Shown here one piece after another: positions 13,031-25,806 of a stretch of 64,000 nt of DNA. A program made the translations under genes and the position numbers. Origin of the DNA: Camelus ferus (lineage: Eukaryota); NCBI RefSeq assembly GCF_009834535.1, contig NC_045696.1:15254001-15318000 (forward strand), written 5' to 3'. The notes beneath the pieces are model-generated. The model did not search any database. It was not told the origin of the DNA and saw only the letters and a list, made by a program, of their open reading frames with translations. The first letter of the stretch is position 1, and every line of letters starts with the position of its first letter.

Positions 13031-13569
13031 CAGCATAGAACAACAAGGCAAGTATGTTGGGATTTATTTTTATATCTGTTGTTGGAAATGCAGTTTGTCT
13101 TGCGGGTATCTATTTTGAACAAAAATATGAATTTCAATATTTTGAAATTAATTCTTACTAGTCAGTATATAAGTTGTTATTCATATAATGCCACTTACAT
13201 TATGTGATCTGATTTTTTTCCATCAGATTATTGGCAATAGCTTTGTACCAATCTCTCAACACACATTCAAGTACTTTGATGACAAATAAGAAGACTTTGA
13301 AATATTATTTCCAGGGTTTGAAGATACAGGGATTAAAAAGTTAAAGAGGGAAGAAACTGATGATGCTCAGACAAGAACATCTTAAGCACATTCATTGGCC
13401 AATTACTAAAACAAAATAAGCACTTATTACTTGTCATGTATTAAATCTAATCTGAATATAATAATTTATTTTGAATTCCTAAACTCTGAGGGACTATGCT
13501 ATCTCTTAAACCTTGTATTGTCAGATAACACAAGCCTCGCCAATGAAGAGGCATAGAATAGATCTATTT

Positions 13570-13990
13570 ATAGAGTGATTACAAAGAGCTTGGCGTATAT
13601 ATACAGTGTTTTACTTACTTGATCTCATCAAATCCTCATGACTAGTTGATTTGGGGATTACGATTTCCATTTTGCAAGTGAGGAAGCTCTGTCTCAGAAA
13701 GACTAAATCATTTTTATGTCCAAATGGCTAACATCAAGTCTGAGATCCAAACTCAAGGACCTCTGACTTGATAGTGGTCTTAGCCACTACTTTATGTACA
13801 TCACAAAAAGTCAAAATAGCAGACATGATTCTAATTCCACTGCAGTCACTAATTGGTGATGTGGAGTGAGTTACTGAAATTGTTCAGAGTAAGTTCTTTA
13901 GTATAAACAATAATGCATACTCTGCTACCATGTATGTATCATGGTAAATGAAATCATATTTATGAAAAATTCATCACAGTGTTTGACAGC
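13570..13990. mobile_element. Two adjacent MIR fragments in opposite orientations
   Basis: Antisense core 'aatcctcatgac...ccattttgcaagtgaggaagctctgtctcagaaagactaaa', then a sense core from about 13830. Confidence 0.65.
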
Positions 13991-14889
13991 AGAGTTGAAT
14001 TTAAATATATATATTTATATACATATATATATATATATTTCCCTTCACTCTAACACTTAACCCTTTTTAAAAAAAATATATTCTAAAACAAAAATCAAAC
14101 GTATCTATCTTCTAACCATAGATACTTACTGCAAATTTACCTTTTCTTCAAGACTAAGGGCACACAACCATTATTATGCCAAATGAAGGGGGGATGTCAG
14201 ACAATTTGCCATCATGCTAGATGCATAGCTTTACTTTGCTGTGCTCTTTTATGCTCAGAATTTCTGACTTCCAGGTCACCCTTCATGCTGTCATGTATAA
14301 CTCTAATATCAGGTGTCTTCCTCTAATCGTTGCCACCATTTTACATGATTTGCAGTGGGCTGAACAAGTAAATTTCAGTTCTTTCATTTTTTCTAAACTC
14401 TAAGACCCAACTAATACCTCATGACAATGATTGCTTAGCACAGAGTTTTATATGTAAAACTGTTTGATTGGAAGACAGTGGGCCAATAAAGGTAAATAAG
14501 ACAACACCTATGACAGCCCTCAGTCTTAATTTATTTCTAAATTTATTTCTATATTCCTAGAGCCTCAGTCACTGTGTGGCATATTGTGGGTATTCGATAA
14601 ATGCTTCCTGATTTGAAGACTTAATACATGAATCCAAATGATACTTTTCTGTGAGCTCTTCCTATTAAGACATTGTGGTTTGGGGTTTAATATTTTTGGT
14701 ATTTCTATTTCATAACATTTCAAAGATGTTACATGAATCACATTTAGTACCTTTTAAATCCTCTGAAATATACTGCCTACTGATTTTTCAAAAGAAAAAA
14801 AGCTATAAATCTACAATCAGATCATGAGAAGGGTCATCAGATAATGAGATTCCAACAAATTTATGGTGGGATAAAAAACATGTGGTGAG

Positions 14890-15115
14890 GAGTGGGCATC
14901 ACAAAGCACTGGGGGAAAGATGCATTATTTTTCAATGATATTGGCAAGATCAGCTCATTAGAAAGGAAAAAAAAATAGATTTGGGTCCCTTCACATCACA
15001 TCCCAAAATTAACTTCAGATGGAATAAATATCTACATGTGAAAAAAAAATGCATAGCTAATAGAGAAAAATATAAGAGAAGATCTCTATGGACTCAAAGT
15101 GAGGGAAGAATTTTT
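14890..15115 (+). mobile_element. Ancient L1 ORF2 fragment
   Basis: Contains 'gggaaagatgcattatttttcaat' and 'cacatcacatcccaaaattaacttcagatggaataaatatctacatgtg' (TPYTKINSRWIKDLNV-like). Confidence 0.65.
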
Positions 15116-16196
15116 TGGCTCACTCTAGTCCAAAAACTGTTCTCATTTTACAATTTAAATGATGTTTATTTCTCCTTAATCAGGAGAAAATCCAGAACCA
15201 AGGGTTGACTCCCAGTTCTGTTCTCTTTCCAAGAAATCTTTCCTCATTTATTTATCAGTCTCAAATGGAACATACATTATCTTGAATCTTTCTGCTCCTT
15301 GGAGATCTAGTGAAATCAGGCCTGACACACAATTTCACAGTCCATGATTATCCAGAACCCTCCTCATGGTTTCTGGAATCTGCCAAGACTAAGGTTTTCG
15401 AGGTTTCCTCTGACTACACATGTGCATGTTTGTGTGGGTTTTTGTCCTGTGTCAGCTCAGTACCCAGCCCTATTGCTGGTGTGTGTACACACCCACAGAC
15501 ACACAGCACATATGCACACTCACACCTTCTCCCAACAAGCATTTCTCAGTTTGGCAACTTCACCCAACATCTGGGGGATAATGGGTGGAGTTACTTTGAA
15601 TTCCATACAGCTTTCTACCATAGCTCCACTCCCTTCGTTGTTTCTCTCCTAGATTAACAGGTAGATGATTATTATTATTTTTAATCTCACTTAAGACATT
15701 TTCAACAACTTCTAGGTCCCTGAAGATCTCACCTTCTCTCAATCACTTGTCAAGAAGTTTTGTTTTCTTTTTCTCTGAATAAAGTCATTTGCTTTTCTAA
15801 AAGGAATTCTGATGGCAACTACTAATAAAATATTCTTGTCTCATCACAAATATGTATCTAGCATAACCATAACTATCATACAACATGCCACAAATAATTA
15901 GTGACTCTAGATTAAAGGGTCCAGGAAAGAGAGCTGAAAAACAGAAATTAGACTGGAATTAGTCTCGAAGCTGAAATCTGGTTAGAGGTACCAGAACTTA
16001 ACCCACTGAGAACTGTCTACTAAGTTGCAATAATTAAGTCATTGGGACTGTGTGGTGAGCCTGTGTACTGATTTCAATACAATATGAAAGTTCATTTTCC
16101 TCATCACCTATTGAAAAGCACTCAGCAAAACCAAACAACCAAACAACAACAATAACGAACAGATGTTGGCTTAAATGATACAGTCAAAAAACACAC

Positions 16197-16386
16197 CATG
16201 TAGATCTCTTCAATATATTCACAACAAAATCTGCCAGCGTACAGCTCCTTGTCCTGCAGAAAGCTACCTAGGTCAAGAAGGGGGTGTGCAGTTGAAGAGT
16301 TGAGATCACACAGAGATAGCTTTACAAGAGTGCAGGAAATGTCGGGTGCCACTATCCATGCCCTGTACAGTCACCCAAGCTGCATG
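16197..16386 (-). other. Candidate 190-bp spliced exon (5' UTR-like, ends in ATG) of an unidentified host gene
   Basis: Unique sequence. On the minus strand a ~50-nt pyrimidine tract precedes 'ttcacag|CATGCAG', and the exon ends 'CTACATG|gtgtgt'. It contains two uORFs. No transcript evidence is available. Confidence 0.45.
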
Positions 16387-17924
16387 CTGTGAAGATAGAG
16401 ACAACAAAAGAGGAAGTCAAAGAAAAGAAGAAAATAAGTAAAAATATAAGGAAAAGTTAGTTTCCAGACAGATCTAACATCTCATTTTAGACAATCCTAA
16501 GTGAATATATTTATGCTAAATTTTAAATTTAATCAGCTGATAAGAAAGTACTCACTCTTCTGGAAGTATTTCATTCTGGAAATAAACTTTTTCTTTGAAA
16601 TTTTTTTTTAAATCAGTGAGAATTTTCAGTGAAAATAAACTAAATAATCCCAAATGAAAAGTAGAAAGACATTTTCAAGGCAAATTTATTGAAGTGATTT
16701 GTTTGATTTGTGAGATTTTAATGAGTTGATATTTAATATGAAATCCTGCCTTCACATTGTCTCCAGAGCTTCCTTTGAAACTACTTAAGAACATTTCTTA
16801 AAATCTACAGTGATTTAGCTATTTTAGCATCAATTTAAATTTCTATAAACCAAAAGAATGGTTGGAAAACATCATTTAAAAAATTTTCTACTCTCAGAAT
16901 ATCAGCCTATAAAGGATTACTATGGTTATCAACCATATAAAATGTCAGGCAGTCCTATTGTCCTAGTGAGTCTTAATGTATGTGATTTGGGGGATAAAGT
17001 ACCTAGTTAAGCATGTGGTTCAGGTGCTGAGGCATTTCACTGGGGCTCCTGCCACTAGTATACTGGCTCGTACAGTAGTTGATCATGAAAGAGAAATCAT
17101 CTGATTCTCTCTGCCAATTCCACTATTTTATACTTTCAAAGCCCTCATACTCCTGAATAACTTAGAGTATGCTACTGACTGTATATTTTCCACATATACC
17201 TTTGGACTCTGCAGGAAAAGAATGAGGCAGACTCTTCATTAAACTGGCTAGTCCCAAATTTACGTGAACTGGCAAACTTTCAGAAGTCAGATTCTTTCTT
17301 AATCTATTTCCCATTTGGGAATAAATAAGCTCTTCTATTTATTTTTACGGCAAACATGTAAAGCTTTAGAAAATAGCTCAAGTATTATTCAGCTATGGCA
17401 TGGTGCAATTTTCCCTGAAAGCAAAAAACAAGAAAAGTTTCAAATAAGTTCTATTAATAAAAAAAGTGTCATCTTTAAGCATGAAGTTATTAATTATGTA
17501 AAATCTTCAACAATGTTGTGTTGTTTTATGAGAGCACATAATTTTCTTTAATATTATAGGTTTTAATAAAAATAAATTAATCAGTTATCTTTTTTTTCTA
17601 TTATGAGAGATTTTTTTTCTAAATTTGTACTATGACAGGTGATGTTAGCAACCTGGAGGATGAGGAGGTCCAACACCCATCTCTCTCTCTCACACACACA
17701 CACACATACACACAAAGAACAAATAACTTTAAAGCAACTAAAGTATGTCTGGGAAATCTGTCTTACAGTGAAGAAGCAGTAAAACTCTGTGGAGCACAAA
17801 AAACAAAGGGTGGCTGCATAGAAAAGCATACCCCATACCCTAGACCAGAGCAACTCAGCACCAAGAGTGATGCCTTTGGAGAGATTTCACAGTAGAGGAA
17901 AAAGAACAGGTGGAACAGGTTTGA

Positions 17925-18203
17925 AAATTGAACTTGATCTCCAGTTCCCCATTCCTCCCCTAGAAGTGGGGCAGAGGCATCATGGGACTGAAAGTTTCAA
18001 CCCTCTAATTACTTGGTTGGTTGGTTGTCATGGCAACCAGCTCCCCTCCTCGAGAGTGAGGTCCCAAAGTCACCTCATTAACATAACAAAAGACACCCTT
18101 ATAGCCCTCAGCATTTAGGAAATTCTAAGAGTTTTTGGAGCTTATTCCAGAAACAGGGTCAAAGAGAAAATAAATGTTTCTTATTATAAATCACACTATC
18201 TCA
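17925..18203 (-). mobile_element. MER21-like LTR fragment
   Basis: The reverse complement begins TGAGATAGTGTGATTTATAATAAGAAA, a MER21B-like start. Also contains 'aaagtcacctcattaacataac'. Confidence 0.75.
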
Positions 18204-20723
18204 GCACTATATTTATACTTTAGCCTGTGATTGGGTAGTAATAAATAAGTAAAACCTGTCACAACCGAGTACGCTTTCTAATTTTCCTCTGACTCGTTAA
18301 AAGATGATTCTGCTTTCCCAGCGAAAGGCGTGCTCTTCTGGTTAAGATTCAGGTGTATAAATAAGCAGAGAAATAACCCAGGCCAGAAAAGCAGCACGCT
18401 TTGCTTCCTTCCACTTGTTAATTTAGGTTTTCAGAAGAGGTATTCCTAGGAAAAATGAAATAATATAAATATATATATGTATCTCCATATGGACACCAGA
18501 ATTAAATTGTTAGGGTTTCTAAAAAGAATGTTTAGCAGAAGAAAAATTAGAAGTTCTGAGGACAAAGGAAATAAACTTTCATGAAAAACAGTTGCTGTTC
18601 CCAATGACCACTAAATGTGCTTTATTCCATGGGTTGTAATTCTATTTCTTTTCCCTGTGAGATTCTTGGAGAACGTCCAGTTCCTATTTTCAAGGGCCAG
18701 GAGATCTTCGAAGGCAAGTGACATGGAGAAGGAAGTAGATTCAATGGTGAAACCAAATGAAGAATCCTGGACCCCCTGGTTCAGTCAAACCTCTGAGATG
18801 CTTGGAGGAGATTGGCTCTGAGCTAACACCTCTTGGCACTGCACTGTCTACAGACACTCAGTCCTGAAACCCAGCCAGTCATAGCAGTCCCTGCCCACAT
18901 GAGCAATCACAGGCATTTCAGAGTTTAGTCTTACACTTTGGCTGTAAGTTTATAATGAAAATATGCTATTCAGTGTTTGCAGACTGAGGAAAGCTCACTG
19001 GCCAGGTGGATTTTTCCAAGCTATCAATTATTTCTAGAATCTGGAAGTATTTTCCCTTTTCTTCTTTTTAACAGTGACATTTTGCTTGCTTATAGTTCCA
19101 TTTGTAACTCCTCTTTTGTATCATCTGACGTGCCTACAATAAGAGTAGAAATTTACAACTCTTATGAAAACTTTGTCATCACCAATCAAAATTATAAATC
19201 AAATTAGGTGCAACTTTCTCTTTAAGAATCTCATTAGGGCTTCTCTATTAGAACTAGCTCATATTGCAAAACATCTACTTTCAGGCGTAATTGGTGCAAA
19301 TCGGAATCAATGACATGCCCATCATAATACCTTCCAGTGGTTTACTGCTTTCTTCATGTATTTTTCCTCTACCAGTTATTCAATGCATAGTATTTATTCA
19401 AATTGTAGAAAGTAAAAGGCAGGTCAGCCATGATTTTATCCTAAGCCTCAAAGGATTTCCAATCTTTTAGGAAGGCAAATTTGGGGAAAAATAGACACAC
19501 ACAATATACAATAAATACCTGTAGATACAGTGGATGAGTGCTCTGTTTTTTCCTGATTGTGGCCATATGAATGGAGTCACATTCTCCAGACTTGCAGTCT
19601 GTTCTTCCTAATCCAGCACCTTCAAGATCCATCCCCAGGTAGGTTTGTCCACCTCTTGTCGGTACGTACTAGCCAGGTCTGCAGCTATATGTTGAATGGT
19701 CCCTGTCTTCCCTTGGCAGGAATGTGATTTTCCTAGTCATGCTATGTTAAGATTTGATCTATATGGTTTGCTAAAGAGCAATTAGGAGAAGTAAGAATTG
19801 ATAGTGAGGACATTTATCTTGAGAAGCATCTATCTTGAGTGAATCTTTTCCATAGTTTCAGTCAATGTGGGACTATCAAGACGGAGGGAGGGGATGTACC
19901 CCCGCTGGCACATAGCACTCAAGTGTGTTCTCTCAAGTGTCTCCATCCAGGCTCAGGATTCTAGCACTGCCCTACCAGGGCCCAGAATTCAAGACAGAAG
20001 AATTTGCCAAGAAGAGGACCTTTCAACTCTAACCCTCTTAATTTCAAATCTCCAGCCTGGTTTTCAGTGTATTCTGCTCTTCAACTGAAGAAAATGTGAG
20101 TCTTTTTAAATGCTGCAAAGAATAGCTTCTGTTTTCACGCTGAGACCTTATCTGATAGTTTCCTATTGTCTTCCTTCAGAGCCTGGATGGCCACTGACAA
20201 CAGCTAACCAATTTGATACTCTTTATAATGATTATTTATCCCACGTATTTCCTGTGAAGAGCGATTACAAAACCAACCAGTATCTCCTCACTTGTACGCC
20301 AGTCCACCTCAGATGGTGAAAAGTGGGGTGCTGATAACCTCAACTGGCCTCTTTGAATTTTGGAAACAAGGGGTACCGCACTTGGGAATACTGTTTTACC
20401 CATGAAGGGCCCCTGAAGGACTCAGAAGGCAGACAGCCTTGAATGTGGCCCAGAGAGAGATCATTCTGCAGTAGTTTCAGGGCTGTGGTCCAAATAACCC
20501 TTCCACTTGGTTCAAATGATTTAGCCAATTCCACGGTGCAGGAGGTGTTTTTGGTAAACAGGACATTATGTCCCATCTCTGGCAAACAACAGAGAAAATG
20601 ACAGCATAGACCTAGATATTAGAGCAAAGCTACACCATCTTTTAGCAGAGAAGAAACAGCTTCTTATATGCTACTAGGCCCTACTAGAGTCTAAGCAGCA
20701 GAACATATGATATCAAGTGGCAG

Positions 20724-21258
20724 TGCTACCCCCCGAGGTAAAGACCTCAGTTCTTGTCACACATGAAAGACAAGTTTGCAGTCGGCAGATGGTGCATCGT
20801 GTAGCAAAAGATTTATTTAAAAAGGAAGGAAAAGTGCACCCCCAAGAATGGGAGGCAGGCTGATCCGGGGGAGGAAAAGCAGCAGTTTTTGTCTCCTCAT
20901 TTTATTTTATCCTTGCTTAAAGGTGGTTTCTTGATTGACAGTTCTTATCCCTGAAATGCTTAGTCATGTTTGGCCCCTTTGCGCATGTCCTTACCCACGG
21001 TGTACACAGAAAAACTCATTGGGGTAGGGGAGCTAGACTGCAGTGTTAATTATAATACAATGAGCATTAGGTTGTGTCTGGTTAAGTCCTTTCTGCTACC
21101 GCACAGTTGTGCCTGTAGGGTTCTAACCAGTTCTTGTTGGCGCTTGTGTAGAAGTACAGCCCTTTTATACTGGAGGCGGGCATAACGTCATCTTCCAGAC
21201 CATCCTCCCTCCCCTCCACCTATCTGCCCAGTGCCCCTACTTATCTAACTACCTAACA
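20724..21258 (-). mobile_element. Younger ERV1-class solo LTR inserted in ERVL pol
   Basis: Minus strand runs TGTTAGGTAGTTAGATAAG...GGTAGCA. AATAAA on the minus strand at 20812-20817. TSD GCAG (20720-20723) and GCAA (21259-21262). Pol homology resumes directly after it. Confidence 0.85.
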
Positions 21259-22985
21259 GCAATGTGATAGGAGACGCCCATCAAAAGCTGGATGTTGTCA
21301 GATCCACTAAATTGTAAGTTAGGTTGAGCACAGGAACATCTATCAAATGAAAGAAAGTGGTTGAGTATTAAGCCTGAACAAATTATACAAGTGGATGACC
21401 AAGATTTCAAGTTACTTATGTCTCTTTCTCTGAGACCAATCCTTTAGCTCAAATCTATGAACTTGCGGTGGATTCCCAATAACCAGATGACAGAGAGGAT
21501 AAAAAACCTATCCTAGTTTTTGGATGGATCAGTTCGACATGTTGCTGTGAGTCAAAATGGACTGTTGTCACACGGCAGCTTCATTCTGGAATGACCTTAA
21601 AAGATACCGATGAGAGAGAAAATGTGTCATTGGGAAGAACTTTGAAAAAATTTTGTGATCATGAACTTTGTGTTGAAAGAAAAGTGGCCAATGAAGTTAA
21701 TGAAGTCCTGAGCAGCACTTAATGACCGAGCTGCATAGTCAACTGCCTGGAAACAGCAAAATCTGGAAGGCACTAAACAGACCCATACACAGGATGACCC
21801 AACCAGTGGAAGCAAGACAGCCTTTGTCACCAGCCACCCCAGTGTATGCATAATGGGCCCATCCCTAAGTAACTGGTAGACAGGGTAAGCACAGGCCCAA
21901 GAGTAAAATCTTTTAATCCTTTTCACCAAGCCTCACCAAGTTTCACTGCTGCTAAATGTTTAGCCTATCAAGAGCAGACTGAAAAAAAACCTTTGAGACC
22001 AGCCAGCTCTCTCTTATGAGCAGTGACACGGGCACAAAAGATGTGCATTCTTCAACACTGGAATGTGGAGAAGCAGCAGTTTTCCCTTATGTTATCTCAG
22101 TATTGGCTTGCCTGTTATGTTTACCGTGTCTTGACCAGCAGCAAGATGCAAACTCATTAAAAATTCTGTGATTCTGCATAACAGCAAATATTACCTTGAA
22201 CCAAGGGACCAAAACGTAAGAAGGACCTGTGACCCTAAGCAAATGGTCACAGGGTCGATAATTTGTAGCATGTACTTCATCGCCATGAAGTTGCCTGCCT
22301 GATAGGGCATTGCAACAGCTTCTGAAAGGCACAGTTCAATGTTGATTGTATGTTTATGACAGCCTACGACACTGGGGCATTTTCATTCAACACAGGATAT
22401 ATACTTAGAGTCATGTAGCCATGCCATGGTACTGTAACTCAGGCAGAGCACATCTGTTTGAGAATCAAGAGGTAGAAAGAAGTATGGCGCCTATGACATC
22501 ATTTTCAGGGACCCACTGAAATAATGTGTACTTCTCTTCCCAATGACATTAAAGCCCTGCTGAACTAGAAGTACAGATTCCAGGTGAAGGATGGGAAGGG
22601 TAGGGAGGGCTCTTCTACCAAGAGCAGTAGTAAGGATTTAACTTAAAATAGTAAGGAAGGAACTTAAAAATTACTAATTCCATGTAATCATTTTGGGCTC
22701 TTCATGCCAGTAGACTTGGGAAAAAAAAGATGTTACTGTGCTGACAATTATAATCAACCCAGATTATCATGAGGAAATTAGATTGCTGTTAAAAAAAAAT
22801 AGAGGCCTAAGTGTCAAGGAATTCCTTGGGGCATGTTTAGAGACATCTTAACTCATTAACAATCACAATGGGCAAGGCATAAGGAATTAGTAAGTGGGAC
22901 TTCACTCAAAAATGCAGATCTGCCCGTGGGAAGATTCCACCACATCATTGTTTTTGAGGCTCAAGTTCAGTGGGCCTAAAGTGTG

Positions 22986-23370
22986 TGCCTTAGTCAGCTC
23001 AGTCCTCTATAACAAAATGCTGGGTGGCTTAAACAGCAGACATTTATTTCTCATAGTTATGGAAGCTAGGAGGTCCAAGATCAAGGTCAGTAGATTTTGT
23101 TATTGGTAAGAGCCCACTTCCTGGCTTGCAAATGGCTACCTTTTCACTGTGTCCTCTCCTCTTGTGGCAGAGAAAATAAGTTCTGGAGTTCCTTCCTCTT
23201 TTTATAAGGGCACTAATTCCATCATGGGGGCTCCATTCTCATGATGGCAGCTAAAACTAATTACCTCCCAAAGGTCACACTTTCTAATACCATGAACTTG
23301 AGGGTTAGAGCTTCAATATATAAAGTGAGGCTGGTTGGGTGTGGATGGTACAAACATTCATTCCATAATA
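22986..23370 (-). mobile_element. MLT1A-like MaLR solo LTR
   Basis: Reads 'tgccttagtcagctcag...gggtggcttaaacagcagacatttatttctca...caaacattcattccataata' with a perfect 5-bp TSD GTGTG (22981-22985 and 23371-23375). Confidence 0.9.
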
Positions 23371-23773
23371 GTGTGATAGTTGTCCGTTTCTAGCCCTCAG
23401 CAACACACTGAGCTGGTCCATGAAGCAAGTCGATATCTTTCCTTTCTCTTTTGGGTCATTGTAAAGTCCCTTCCTGCAACTCAAGGAAAGATGTAAAAAA
23501 AAAAGGAAAGGAATAAGTACAACAGAGGTAAGTAACATGGAAGTTATGCCCTCTATACCTGTATGATCTTATCTGGATCCCCTGCTCATGCTATGGGCAA
23601 GCAAACCAGACACACAGAAGTGCTATCAGAGGAGAGAGAAATTTAGAATGGATAGAAAGAAGAGAAAAATTATGAGGTTGGTATCAACTGCAGTGGTGGG
23701 GAGTGTAGTTTATTTTACTTAATCTTTATTTTGCAAGGCTTTAAATCATGACTGGTCACTGGTATAGGTGTTT

Positions 23774-24550
23774 GTGTAAATTTTCTATTGCTGCATTTCA
23801 AATTGCCATTCGCTTAGAGGCTTAAGAAAATTCTCTCAGAAGTCTGCAAGTCAGAAGTCAAGGAAGGCTGCCAAAACTAAGGTGTTGGCCAATCTGGTTG
23901 TTTATCTGGTGGTTCTGGGGAAGAATGTCATCTGTGCCTATTTAGGTTGTTGAGGCAGAATCTAGTTCTTTGTGGGTTTAGGACTGACATCCTCATCTTC
24001 TTGTTAGCTATTGGCTGAAAGTTGCTTTCAGCTCCTAGAGGTTTGTTACGAGTTAAGTTGTGTCCACCTCAAATTTTATATGTTGAAATTTTAACACACA
24101 GTACCTTAGAATGTGACTACATTTGAAGATAGTATCTTTAAATGGGTTATTAAGGTAAAATGAGGTTATATGGTGGGTCCTGTTCAAACATAACTGATAT
24201 AAGAGGAAATTTGGGGTCAGGTATGTACAGAGCAAAGATTATATAAAAAAACACAGGGAGAAGATGACCATCTACAAGCTAAAGAGAGAAGCTGAAAAGA
24301 AATTAACCCTACTGACACTTTGATCTTGGATTTACAGCTTCCAGAATTATTGAGAAAATTAATTTTTGTTGTTTAAGCCACTCAGTCTGTGGTCCTCTTT
24401 ATGGAAACCCTACCTAAATAGTGTAAGGCTGCTCTCTGGTCCTTGCACATGGCCCCTTCCATCTACAAATGAGCAATAGCACATCAAAACCATCTTATGC
24501 TTTGAATCTCTCTGACTTTCCTTTTTGCTACCAGCCAGAGAAAACTCTCC
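23774..24550 (-). mobile_element. MLT1E-like MaLR LTR, split by an MLT1B
   Basis: Reads 'ttttctattgctgc...aggttgttgaggcagaatctagttctttgtggg...ctcctagagg', then resumes 'ctgctctctggtccttgcacatggcccc'. Confidence 0.75.
24044..24425 (+). mobile_element. MLT1B-like MaLR solo LTR
   Basis: Reads 'tgttacgagttaagttgtgtcc...gaatgtgact...ttgtttaagccactcagtctgtgg' with TSD AGGTT (24039-24043) and AGGCT (24426-24430). Confidence 0.88.
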
Positions 24551-24554
24551 ACTT

Positions 24555-24847
24555 TCCACATAACTGTAAGAGATTATGCCACTTAAATTTCTGCTATTAC
24601 ATAGAAAAGTTCTCCCTTCCTCCTGCTTCCAATAACATCTCCTTTACTTCCTTGAGTCCTTATCAAAGGGCTCATAAAATCCATATTTAACTTACAGTCT
24701 ATTAAAGACAATGTGGGCTTTCTCTGCCATATTTTCAAAGCTTTTCTTAAATGTATTCCAGACTCCACCAACTTAATTCCAAAGCTCCTCACCCACATTT
24801 TTATGTATTTGTTATGGTAGCACTCACTTCTAGATACCAAAATTTTC
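24555..24847 (-). mobile_element. MaLR-type internal 5' region
   Basis: The reverse complement starts GAAAATTTTGGTATCTAGAAGTGAGTGCTACCATAACAAATACATAAAAATGTGG, as MLT-int does. Confidence 0.65.
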
Positions 24848-25404
24848 TATACAAGTCAGAATTCAACCAGATGTGTAGAACCTGAAGAGGATGGATGTGT
24901 GTGTGTGTGTGTGTGTGTGTGCACAAGATAGGTGATAAATAGATAACAGATAGATAGATAGATAGATAGATAGGGAGAGAGATAGAGAGATAGAGAGATA
25001 GAGGTCATGGTTATGGGAAGTGGCTAACAAAGTCTGAAATCCACAAAGCAAGTGGTTAGGGAGAGGAAGCTTTGAAGCCATGGTACAGACTGAAACTGTC
25101 ATCCACAAGAAGGCAAGATAGCAAACAGGATGGAACTCCATGTGAAGAGATCTAAGGTGTTGCCTAGGAGAGGAATATCGTCTGTCTGTCTTGGAGAAAT
25201 ATCAGCCCTCTTTTTAAGGTTTCACAGCTAATTGACTTAGTCCCACTCTTATTATCCAGGATATTTCTGCTTACTGAAAGATACACTATTAGGAGCTTTA
25301 ATTATATCTACAAATCACCTTCACAGCAACCCCTGGATTCGTGTTGAATTGAATAACTGTAAACACTAGCCTAGTCAAGCTGACACATCACACAAGCCAT
25401 CATA
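24848..25404 (-). mobile_element. MLT2-like ERVL LTR containing a compound (TG)n(GATA)n(GA)n microsatellite
   Basis: Contains 'caccttcacagcaaccc...gcctagtcaagctgacacat...ccatca'. The repeat at about 24897-25003 is at the usual MLT2 position. Confidence 0.8.
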
Positions 25405-25429
25405 AGGTTGGCACTCTCTCTGTGTAAAC

Positions 25430-25806
25430 CCTTAGTCCAGGACTCACTCTTCCCACATGGGCAGAAAGTGTCCTACTCTAAGTATTTGTGGCTCTGACAC
25501 TAAGAACCTTTTCTCAGTTTGTGAGCCCGACAGTATGGAAAAGTTGAAGAATTATCATCCCCAGGAAGTGCTCTCAGTCAGTGACAAACAGAACTTTGAG
25601 GATAAATACTTCAGTTTCCAAACTCCTCAGGAGAAGCGCTCTTCTCTCTGGTCCAGCTACCCTCAGCTGTAGTCTGCTCATCACCTCCTTCTCTGTCTCA
25701 CTTCCTACTTCCCCACCAGTGCTTCCTGAAGTTACCTTCCAAATAAACCACTGCCACTCAAATTGTTGCCTCAAGCTTCATTTCCAGGGTAACTCTTACT
25801 ATGATG
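25430..25806 (+). mobile_element. LTR16-like ERVL LTR
   Basis: Reads 'ctgtctcacttcctacttccccaccagtgcttcctg..accttccaAATAAAccactgccactcaaattgttgcctcaagc'. Confidence 0.75.

Larger units (their letters stand above)
20330..23770 (+). mobile_element. Decayed ERVL internal region (pol RT connection, RNase H, integrase; ERV3-16A3-like), interrupted by LTRs
   Basis: About 20346 translates GLFEFWKQGVPHLGIL (ERVL GLFGFWRQHIPHLG). About 21276 gives TPIKSWMLSDP. About 21525 gives DGS and a later WEEL of RNase H. Many stops and frameshifts. Confidence 0.85.
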
